From a virus, in the IMG/VR virus record IMGVR_UViG_3300047471_000162, positions 32,001-96,000 of that record: a stretch of 64,000 nt of DNA; one strand, given 5' to 3'. The notes beneath the pieces were generated by a model. That model was not told where the DNA came from. It searched no databases and worked only from the letters and a program-made list of their open reading frames with translations. Within the stretch, counting starts at the first letter, position 1. Every line of letters begins with the position of its first letter. A program made the translations under genes and the position numbers. This document shows positions 55,216-63,483 of this stretch, in pieces.

Positions 55216-56206
55216 GCTCAGCGGACGACTAGCAGATTATGCTAATGCTTCTAAGGGAACTCTACTTCTAGGAGATATCCAAGCACATATGATCAAGGAA
55301 GCTTCTAGACCTAGCACACGTAGACAAGACGTTATACACCCCTCTGAGATGGCCAAGACCGGTTGGTGTCCCAGAAGTACCTACGAGCGGATTAAGGCGT
55401 GTAGAGACGCCTCTGACGCCTTCCTGAAGCCTACTGAGCGTGTAGGCGTGCAGCTCCTGAACATCTTCGATGAGGGGCACTACATCCATGACAAGTGGCA
55501 GAAGCGTCTTCGAGACATGGGAGACCTTTGGGGCGACTGGCTCTGTGAGTCCTGTGGAGTAAAGACAAGGAGAGCACTATACCCCCAGAAGTGTTGGGAT
55601 TGTGACAGTACCCTAATGAGCTATGCAGAAGTTCCTATGCGTTATCCGAAATTGACTATTAGTGGTCATGCTGATGGTGCTATTCCACGTTTGAATGCCC
55701 TGATTGAGATAAAGTCTGTAGGCGTTGGCACAGCTAGAATAGAAGCACCTGATATTTATAAGGCAAACTCTGAGGGACAGAAGATTGATCTTCAGGGCTT
55801 GTGGAAGAGTATCAAGGAACCTTTTCCTGCTCACGTTAAGCAGGGCCAATTGTATTTGGCCATTTGTAAGCAGATGGAACTTGATTTCACTAAGATTATC
55901 TTTCTTTATGAGTCCAAGTTCAATCAGGGTGCCAAGGAATTCGTGGTTGACTACGATCCCTCTTTGTCGTATCCTCTACTCCAAGCCGCTGAGTCCATCG
56001 TCTCAGCTCTGGAGGGCTTGACAGACCCACCTAAGTGTCCCTACGATATCTGTAAAGAGTGTGAAATTTATGGCACAAAGAAGTCAGACGTTACAACAGG
56101 GTTGGGGAACTCCTCAGAACAAAGTGAAGTTGAAGGGGCTCAGAGCTCCGGAACGACCATCAGACGAAGCGCCAGACCTACCAGCAGGGTTATCCGACCT
56201 TCCTGA
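55151..56206 (+). CDS. Cas4-like PD-(D/E)XK exonuclease
   Basis: HPS..WCPR, GHYIH, GHADG, EIKS, QGQLY, C-terminal C..CKEC; inserted zinc ribbon. Confidence 0.8.
   Translation: MKEHSYERTEEIATFKTGWGPRLSGRLADYANASKGTLLLGDIQAHMIKEASRPSTRRQDVIHPSEMAKTGWCPRSTYERIKACRDASDAFLKPTERVGVQLLNIFDEGHYIHDKWQKRLRDMGDLWGDWLCESCGVKTRRALYPQKCWDCDSTLMSYAEVPMRYPKLTISGHADGAIPRLNALIEIKSVGVGTARIEAPDIYKANSEGQKIDLQGLWKSIKEPFPAHVKQGQLYLAICKQMELDFTKIIFLYESKFNQGAKEFVVDYDPSLSYPLLQAAESIVSALEGLTDPPKCPYDICKECEIYGTKKSDVTTGLGNSSEQSEVEGAQSSGTTIRRSARPTSRVIRPS
56018..56047 (+). promoter_or_regulatory. Internal promoter inside the nuclease gene
   Basis: TTGACA-18-TACGAT just upstream of the 56070 ORF. Confidence 0.6.
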
Positions 56207-56564
56207 TACCGATTTGATGGAACTTTACACTGAGTTTATTAATTGGACTGGCTATGCCGGATATTTGGCAGCCGAAGCAGATATTGCAGAACGTAAGACT
56301 CAAAGAGTCTTACAACGTGTATCTGATCGATATACCATCGTTCATAAGTCTCAGAAGACAGTAGCCGCAATTAAAGCTTTGGTTCAGCAAGAAGAAGAAT
56401 ATCAAGAAGCTGAAGATCTTGTTGATGAAGCTTATGCTTATGGAAAACTGATTGGATCGCTATATATCCACTATGAAAAGTGCGGAAATACAGTATCCAG
56501 AGAACTTTCTCGCAGACTTTCCAGAAATGACTCAGAACGACGTAATAGCAAGTACACCACCTAA
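56070..56564 (+). CDS. Helical protein, possibly a UvsY-like recombination mediator
   Basis: Long helical pattern (KTVAAIKALV..EYQ..SRELSRR); sits with recombination genes. Confidence 0.5.
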   Translation: MAQRSQTLQQGWGTPQNKVKLKGLRAPERPSDEAPDLPAGLSDLPDTDLMELYTEFINWTGYAGYLAAEADIAERKTQRVLQRVSDRYTIVHKSQKTVAAIKALVQQEEEYQEAEDLVDEAYAYGKLIGSLYIHYEKCGNTVSRELSRRLSRNDSERRNSKYTT

Positions 56565-56572
56565 GGAGATTC

Positions 56573-56749
56573 GTGGGTAAGCACAGTAATAAGCGTTATG
56601 CGGTCCGAATTACTCGTGATGATGATAACGTAGTTTACGAGATTGTTGGTTGGGGAGTCAGTGTAGTGCTCTTTGACGGAAAGACTAAGCGAGAAATTGT
56701 AGTATCCAATGACGACTTCGCAAGGAACTACAAGGAGGTAGTTCGATGA
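56573..56749 (+). CDS. Small hypothetical protein (not in ORF track)
   Basis: AAGGAG plus GTG start; ATGA overlap with thyX. Confidence 0.6.
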   Translation: MGKHSNKRYAVRITRDDDNVVYEIVGWGVSVVLFDGKTKREIVVSNDDFARNYKEVVR

Positions 56750-57462
56750 TTGTCACGTTGGTAGCCGCTACAGAATTGGTTGATCTACCTCGCTCTGTAG
56801 CGGGTACGCCGTTTGTAGATGATATTTCACCCAAGTGGCATAATGCTGGTTTTAATGAGAATGCCGATCGACTTGCACATTTTGCAGGTCGCTCCTGTTA
56901 TCAGGCTTGGAATATGCCAAATCCAGCTACTGCTGACGATATGGGCTATCTGGCCAATATTCTCAAGCAAGGACACTTCTCTGTGCTTGAACATGGTTCT
57001 GCTACCTTCTATATTGAGGGTGTAAGTCGTAATCTGACTCATGAGTTGATTCGACACAGGCACTTGAGTTATAGTGAGCTCTCACAACGTTATGTCAATA
57101 TGGAAGATGCAGAATTTGTGCTTCCTCCGGCTATGCGAGATACTGAGTATCCTGATATGTTCGGACATGAACGCTTGACGAATGTGTCCAAGGATGAATA
57201 CGCTGATGCTGTGCACGATTTGGAGCAACTGGGAATCAAGGGTAAGAAGGCGCGTGAAGCTGCTAGATACTTGCTTCCTAGCGGCATGGAAACGAAGATC
57301 GTAGTCTCGGGTAATCACCGGGCTTGGCGTGATATGCTCCAGAAGCGTTATAGTGTTCATGCAGATGCTGAGATCCGAGAGCTTGCCACAGAGCTACTGA
57401 AGCAGCTGCGATTGCTTGCACCGGGCACTTACCAAGACTTTCCAGAGGAGCCTTTCGCATGA
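56746..57462 (+). CDS. thyX: Flavin-dependent thymidylate synthase
   Basis: GHFSVLEH, THELIRHRHLSYSELSQRY, AREAAR, NHRAW, EIR. Confidence 0.95.
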   Translation: MIVTLVAATELVDLPRSVAGTPFVDDISPKWHNAGFNENADRLAHFAGRSCYQAWNMPNPATADDMGYLANILKQGHFSVLEHGSATFYIEGVSRNLTHELIRHRHLSYSELSQRYVNMEDAEFVLPPAMRDTEYPDMFGHERLTNVSKDEYADAVHDLEQLGIKGKKAREAARYLLPSGMETKIVVSGNHRAWRDMLQKRYSVHADAEIRELATELLKQLRLLAPGTYQDFPEEPFA

Positions 57463-57671
57463 TGGTTGATACCGCTAAGTATGAGTCTCGTTACTATGTT
57501 CACGAGGCTGATGATGATCCGTTTGGATATGATTACTGCGATACTCTTGAGGGTGCAACTTCCGAAGCTGTAGATAAGGCAGAGGATTATAGTAAGCAGT
57601 ACGCTGTAACTGAGGTACTGTTTAGGGAAGTTGGTACCACTCAGGCAAGCGTTACTTTCGAAATGAACTAG
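57459..57671 (+). CDS. Small acidic protein
   Basis: GAGGAG RBS; ATGA coupling. Confidence 0.6.
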   Translation: MMVDTAKYESRYYVHEADDDPFGYDYCDTLEGATSEAVDKAEDYSKQYAVTEVLFREVGTTQASVTFEMN

Positions 57672-57734
57672 TAAAAACTTTTGGGGCTGTGGAGATAATA
57701 TCAAAGCAGCCCCTTCTACTATTTGGAGTATAAA

Positions 57735-58085
57735 ATGGATCTTCCTGACGGATTTAAGCGCAAGGAATATATTGAGGTATGGTATGCCGATCTGGGAAAG
57801 ATTGCCAGTAAGCATTTTGGTTGCTCTATTGAGATGCACGACGTACTAGACCATCCGAGTCAGGATAGCTATCATAAGCTAGAAGTTCCTTCAGATCGTG
57901 ACTGGGAATATATCTGGGATGAAGAGACGCTGGAATATGTAGCAGACCCTAATCGAGGCACGAATTTCCGTGCAGAGCTTGCAGATGGTGTTACGTCATC
58001 TTTGACGCTTGATCTCATGCTGGATTTGCTGTATGATGACGGAATTATCCCGGCTGGAGACTACTTGATTACGATTTGGTGGTAA
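57735..58085 (+). CDS. Hypothetical protein
   Basis: GGAG RBS; C-terminal IPAGDYLITIWW. Confidence 0.65.
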   Translation: MDLPDGFKRKEYIEVWYADLGKIASKHFGCSIEMHDVLDHPSQDSYHKLEVPSDRDWEYIWDEETLEYVADPNRGTNFRAELADGVTSSLTLDLMLDLLYDDGIIPAGDYLITIWW

Positions 58086-58087
58086 TA

Positions 58088-58458
58088 ATGTTTCCTAGCA
58101 AGTGTACGAAGTGCGGAAAGCTTACTCAGAATAAGAGTAAGATCTGCGCCTTCTGTAAGTTGGTGGCTGATGAGTGATTATGCGGCTTGCGATAGATGTG
58201 GAGAGCGAGCAACTCGTTGGCTAAGTAGTAGTGACAACCCTGAGGGTTCATGGTATTGTAATCCTCACGCCAACGAAGAGACGGAGAAGAAGAATGGCTA
58301 AGCATACAGAGGATGTATGTACTGAGTGCGGCCGTAGAGAAAAAGATATGACTTGGGTCACCTGGTACAGGAACAAGGATAATACCAAGGGCGCATTACT
58401 CTGTAGGAAGCACGAACTTATCGCAGTTAACAACAAAGTTAGGGAATCACATGGGTAA
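58088..58458 (+). CDS. Three coupled zinc-finger micro-ORFs (58088-58177, 58170-58301, 58294-58458)
   Basis: CTKC/CAFC; CDRC/CNPH; CTEC/CRKH; 8-nt overlaps between them. Confidence 0.55.
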
Positions 58459-58979
58459 GCATGATAAGAAGGACGAGAATTTTACGTATATCACACCCAT
58501 TCCTGATCTATATGTATCAAATGCTAATCGTCATCCTGCAAAGGAAAACGTCGATATTATCGATGCCTCTATTCGCAAGTATCCTATTCCAACACCGGAG
58601 GTTACCGAGTAATGGATTACAAGGAAATTGAGCGACGTATAGAAGTTATTAATGCTAAGTTAAATACATACACAGATGTACCGTCTACTTCAATAGAAGA
58701 AACGAGAAATCGGCTACAAAAGATTAAATTTATGCGAGAAGAGCTTAGTTTTCTAAGAGAACAACTTAAAATAGGGAGTAATTAATGTTTGTCGTGTATG
58801 AGCAGCAATGGCAAAATGATGATAGAACTTCTTATCATCGTTCCCCTAGCGATATTCTAGAGTTTGCTGCTAATCAAGACCCCAAGCTAGTACGCTGGGG
58901 ATCACATAAGGAATCCAGAGTGGCAGATAATAGACGTATTAAGAACTTGGATGGTAAGTTAGGTGTTTGGAGAGAGTGA
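58451..58979 (+). CDS. Three coupled small ORFs (58451-58612, 58612-58785, 58785-58979)
   Basis: TAATG couplings with GGAG-type RBSs. Confidence 0.55.
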
Positions 58980-59463
58980 GCTACTAAAGCCCAAGGCTTG
59001 GATAGGAATAGATCAATCCTATTCAGGCTTTGGGCTTATTAGGATTACAGAAGACGATGTAGTCTGCAATATCTGGGACTTTACCAAGAAGAAGCCCGGG
59101 GATAGTGAGCGGCTAAGAATAATTATGGATATGGTTTCCCATGAATTATGGTGCTATGAACATAAATATGATTGCTCTTTAGCCATCGAAGGTTATGCTC
59201 ATGGTGCTAAGTTCAACAGGGAGAAACTGGGAGAACTTGGCGGCATTGTAAAGTTAGCTATTTATGATGTATTTAAGTTGGAGCCGATCATAGTTCCACC
59301 TACAGTATTAAAGAAGTACGTCACTGGTAAGGGTAATGCTTCCAAAGCTCAAATGATGGAAGGGGTAGCTAAAAAGTGGGGACCACAATTTGATAATGAT
59401 AACCTTGCAGATGCGTACGCGCTTGCTCAATACTGTAAAGAAAGTATGATAAACTCATCTTAA
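58963..59463 (+). CDS. ruvC: RuvC-like Holliday junction resolvase
   Basis: IGIDQS, AIEGY, LKKYVTGKGNASK, DNLADAYALA. Confidence 0.88.
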   Translation: MFGESELLKPKAWIGIDQSYSGFGLIRITEDDVVCNIWDFTKKKPGDSERLRIIMDMVSHELWCYEHKYDCSLAIEGYAHGAKFNREKLGELGGIVKLAIYDVFKLEPIIVPPTVLKKYVTGKGNASKAQMMEGVAKKWGPQFDNDNLADAYALAQYCKESMINSS

Positions 59464-59497
59464 CAACATGCCGCGCCTCCTCGGACGCCTCCTCTCC

Positions 59498-59543
59498 GGA
59501 AAACCTCTATTCGCCTATGCGGTGAGTAGGGGTTTTCTGTTTT
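59498..59543 (+). terminator. Intrinsic terminator
   Basis: GGAAAACCTCTATTCGCC-tatgc-GGTGAGTAGGGGTTTTCT followed by GTTTT. Confidence 0.8.
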
Positions 59544-59595
59544 AACGGTACAATCAAATGTAGAATACTTTGGTAATATCAACATGGAGAAATCA

Positions 59596-59880
59596 ATGGT
59601 AAATAACATGAATCATAATGAGGTACTTCTAAAAGTGAAGTCCTCATCCGCCGCTGCAAACTTAGCAGCAGCAATTGCCAACAATATCTATGCTGGACAC
59701 GTAGTAACTCTTAGAGCTATCGGTGCCGCAGCTGTTAATCAATCCATGAAGGCTATAGCTATTGCTCAGTCTTATGTGGGTCCACGTGGTATGGTACTTT
59801 CCTGCCGACCTGGATTTACTACTGTTACTATGGGCGATGGAGATATTTCGGCAATGATATTTCTTATCCTCGTTAGCTAA
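59596..59880 (+). CDS. spoVS: SpoVS-family protein
   Basis: LKVKS..AAAIA..AIGAAAVNQSMKAIAIA..PGF. Confidence 0.88.
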   Translation: MVNNMNHNEVLLKVKSSSAAANLAAAIANNIYAGHVVTLRAIGAAAVNQSMKAIAIAQSYVGPRGMVLSCRPGFTTVTMGDGDISAMIFLILVS

Positions 59881-59895
59881 TATTGGAGATGCCAC

Positions 59896-60141
59896 ATGGC
59901 TGGACAATATAATAGTGGGATGTCTGTAGGTGTAAAGCCTTTCCAGCAGTCCAGCACAAGAACCGGGGAATTTTTCTCTGGTTCTATGCCGACTAGTAAC
60001 GGAACTGCTACTTCTCTACAACAAACTAATCCGGGCGGTTATCGACCTGCATCTGTAATAGGTCAATTTACTTCCAGCCCGAATGGTATGAGCCCCACAA
60101 CATATGAAGCAAACCGTACTCTTAGTTACTATCGCCAGTAG
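59896..60141 (+). CDS. Low-complexity hypothetical protein
   Basis: GGAG RBS; S/T/G-rich. Confidence 0.6.
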   Translation: MAGQYNSGMSVGVKPFQQSSTRTGEFFSGSMPTSNGTATSLQQTNPGGYRPASVIGQFTSSPNGMSPTTYEANRTLSYYRQ

Positions 60142-60151
60142 GAGAAAACAC

Positions 60152-60487
60152 ATGGCAAATATGAATGAACCAGGAACAGGATCTTTCCCTACAATGGGTA
60201 CCTCTGCCGCTCAACTATCCCACGTTGCCAAGCCTGAGAAGGGGCGTAGCCGTACACGCGGCACAGGGGGCAAGGGAGGATCCGATGCGGGTATGGGAAC
60301 CAAGGCCAACCGTCGCCAGGCATACGGGCACATGGGGGCTTCCCTGCACCCTACAACGACCCTGTATGAGGCCAACGCTGCCTGTGCCTCAGACACTGGT
60401 CGCAACGTTGTACAGATGCCCTCCAGAGCTTCCTGGACAGACAATTGGAGAGGCGCAGCAAAGAAGCTACAGAATGGAGCTTACTAA
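60152..60487 (+). CDS. Basic, Gly-rich hypothetical protein
   Basis: AGGAG RBS; shares PTT(L)YEAN with the preceding ORF. Confidence 0.6.
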   Translation: MANMNEPGTGSFPTMGTSAAQLSHVAKPEKGRSRTRGTGGKGGSDAGMGTKANRRQAYGHMGASLHPTTTLYEANAACASDTGRNVVQMPSRASWTDNWRGAAKKLQNGAY

Positions 60488-60489
60488 TA

Positions 60490-60831
60490 ATGGATATAGA
60501 AGAGTCTAAAGTAGTTTCTTACTTTGACAAATTCGCCGCAATTTTTGGCTCCATAAAATTCATCGTAGGAATGACGATATTTATCATCGCGTGGTTTTTA
60601 TGGAATATATTCGCACCAGCAGGTCTGGGCTTCGACACATATCCATTTATCTTTCTTACTTTACTATTATCTTTACAGGCTTCTTATGCAGCTCCTATTA
60701 TTCTTTTCTCTCAGAATAGACAAGCAGAAAAGGATCGAGAGAAATTTGAGATGGATCTTGAATCTGATCTGAAGTCCGAGAAAATGCTTGAGAAGATTAT
60801 GAATAAGTTGGAAATCCCAATAGAGGAGTAG
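60490..60831 (+). CDS. DUF1003 membrane protein
   Basis: FGS..FDTYPFIFLTLLLSLQASYAAPIILFSQNRQ..DR. Confidence 0.88.
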   Translation: MDIEESKVVSYFDKFAAIFGSIKFIVGMTIFIIAWFLWNIFAPAGLGFDTYPFIFLTLLLSLQASYAAPIILFSQNRQAEKDREKFEMDLESDLKSEKMLEKIMNKLEIPIEE

Positions 60832-60833
60832 TT

Positions 60834-61346
60834 ATGAGTAATTGGTCGTACAATTCTCCTGTAGGACAACCAGGATCCACTACTGTAGGCGGTGGCGGTG
60901 GATTACCTCTCTCAGGGTTCCGCAGCATTCTTGATGCACGTATTGCTATGGGTACGGCCAAGACTCCAGAGGCTCAATATCCTGATGGATATCTTGGATC
61001 TGTTATTGACAGAAGACAGGACAAGCTTCTTCAGACTGTCCGTAATAACGCCAGAAGCTATACAAGAGGAGTACACAAGGGCTCCAAGATTGCACCAGTG
61101 GATTATTTTTGGCCTGATGATTTTAATCCGATGATTACCCTAAATAATAGGATAGCAGGAAATAACGAAAGATTTTCCGCACCGGGTAATCCTATTGAAC
61201 GTTTAGCCCACGGCGGCAAATTTATGAGTCAAGCCGAAGCTAACCAAATCAGACAAGAAATGAACCTACCCCCCGACCCTCAAATGCGATCGGTAGATCC
61301 CGTTATTCGTAGAGAACAATTTAAAAATTTACCTGGTTGGCGCTAG
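60834..61346 (+). CDS. Conserved phage protein
   Basis: GAGGAG RBS; [24 protein letters not shown]. Confidence 0.65.
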   Translation: MSNWSYNSPVGQPGSTTVGGGGGLPLSGFRSILDARIAMGTAKTPEAQYPDGYLGSVIDRRQDKLLQTVRNNARSYTRGVHKGSKIAPVDYFWPDDFNPMITLNNRIAGNNERFSAPGNPIERLAHGGKFMSQAEANQIRQEMNLPPDPQMRSVDPVIRREQFKNLPGWR

Positions 61347-61366
61347 GACTTACTATCTGCTATACT
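61337..61366 (+). promoter_or_regulatory. Promoter giving a leaderless HNH mRNA
   Basis: TTGGCG-18-TATACT with TG extension; ATG 6 nt downstream; no RBS. Confidence 0.6.
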
Positions 61367-61372
61367 GGCCAC

Positions 61373-61891
61373 ATGAAACTATGTATTTTAGAAGATTGTG
61401 AGAAGGCTAGATGGGCTAAGGGATACTGTAATGGTCACTATAAAAAGTGGAGAAAATACGGAGATCCCTTAGTTCAGAAAAAGATTAGTATTCCCGTTTC
61501 TCAATGTTTGGAAGAAGCTTGTGAGGAGCCTTCTAGATATAATCCGGGATATTGCGCAAAACATGGCCAGCGACAGAATAAAAACGGTATAACTGACGAT
61601 CCCAAAAAAGGCTGGCATACAAACGCTCAAGGCTATATTCAGATGAATAATAGCTCCAGTCCTTACGCTAACAAGAGCGGAATAGTTTTACAGCACCGTC
61701 AAGTTATGGCGGAAAAGTTAGGAAGAACCCTACTCAAGGGAGAAAATATTCATCATAAGAACGGCAAGCGCGATGACAATAGAGTTGAAAACCTTGAGCT
61801 TTGGGTAACTATACAACCCACAGGACAACGGGCAGAAGATTTAGTAGCCTACGCCCTGGAAATCCTAGAAAGATATGGAACCTATGGGTGA
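61373..61891 (+). CDS. HNH homing endonuclease
   Basis: Two C..C..C..H repeats; [21 protein letters not shown]. Confidence 0.88.
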   Translation: MKLCILEDCEKARWAKGYCNGHYKKWRKYGDPLVQKKISIPVSQCLEEACEEPSRYNPGYCAKHGQRQNKNGITDDPKKGWHTNAQGYIQMNNSSSPYANKSGIVLQHRQVMAEKLGRTLLKGENIHHKNGKRDDNRVENLELWVTIQPTGQRAEDLVAYALEILERYGTYG

Positions 61892-62183
61892 GATTCAGAA
61901 TGCTAACTCAGTGTATGACTACACAAAACCCACTCAAACCTTTGCAGAAGAACTAGTATCTGCTAAGTTACTAGCGAATTCTCAGGCAGAGGCTCAAAAT
62001 AGACGACCACCCGTTCCTAATATAGGAAGAATTACTCCTAGATATGGTTATCGAGTGGATCCGGCTACTATTGAAGATATCCTCAATGTAGATGAGAACT
62101 TCCCAGCTAAGTTCGGTGACTGGTCTGGTACTGTATCTGGATACGAGGGTACCTCTTATCCGAATGTCACATCACAACTGTAG
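61875..62183 (+). CDS. Hypothetical protein
   Basis: SVYDYTKP motif; operon packing. Confidence 0.6.
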   Translation: MEPMGEIQNANSVYDYTKPTQTFAEELVSAKLLANSQAEAQNRRPPVPNIGRITPRYGYRVDPATIEDILNVDENFPAKFGDWSGTVSGYEGTSYPNVTSQL

Positions 62184-62191
62184 AGGTAACG

Positions 62192-62371
62192 ATGCCAAAG
62201 AGAGCAGTAAGCAAGACAGTGAGATCCGATGACAAGAGAGCTACTGGTACCGCCAAGAACAAGCGTGTGGTAAAGTCCCCAGAAGCTAAGAAGACTAGCG
62301 TACCTAAGGTAGCTGCATTCAAGAAGCAGACACCTGGTGGTGGCGCAGGAAGACCAAAGAAGGTAAAGTAA
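62192..62371 (+). CDS. 59-aa highly basic protein (not in ORF track)
   Basis: GAGG RBS; MPKRAVSK...GGGAGRPKKVK*; TAATG coupling. Confidence 0.65.
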   Translation: MPKRAVSKTVRSDDKRATGTAKNKRVVKSPEAKKTSVPKVAAFKKQTPGGGAGRPKKVK

Positions 62372-62619
62372 TGGCTTATCCAAGGTTAAGAAGCATGAAT
62401 GCAGACCTAGACAAGGGTGCAACTGACGGTACTTACAAGCAGGTTGCGCCTGACCGTGGTGGTGTAGTAGAGTCAAGCTTCATGGAGATGCGCAGACACC
62501 TAGATGACGTCTGGCATGGACAGCGTGAAGCGCCTGACAAGTACATCATGGGTCGCTGTAAGGTAGCCAATACGCCTGGCTACTTCCCTACACCTGCACC
62601 AGATATGGATCGTTGGTAA
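62371..62619 (+). CDS. Hypothetical protein
   Basis: RSMNADLDKGATDGTYK; coupled start. Confidence 0.6.
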   Translation: MAYPRLRSMNADLDKGATDGTYKQVAPDRGGVVESSFMEMRRHLDDVWHGQREAPDKYIMGRCKVANTPGYFPTPAPDMDRW

Positions 62620-62621
62620 GG

Positions 62622-63400
<779 letters not shown>

Positions 63401-63405
63401 GCACT

Positions 63406-63441
63406 AAGGGGTCAGTCCTTTCCAGGCTGACCCCTTTCTGT
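63406..63441 (+). terminator. Intrinsic terminator after rpf
   Basis: AAGGGGTCAGTC-loop-GGCTGACCCCTT followed by TCTGT. Confidence 0.8.
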
Positions 63442-63483
63442 TATGATGTACTAGAAACTAAACGTAACTGATAAGGATTATTA

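Noticed and set aside
55151-56206. CRISPR-Cas adaptation module
   Set aside because: Solo Cas4-like nucleases are common in phages; no cas1/cas2 or array is present.
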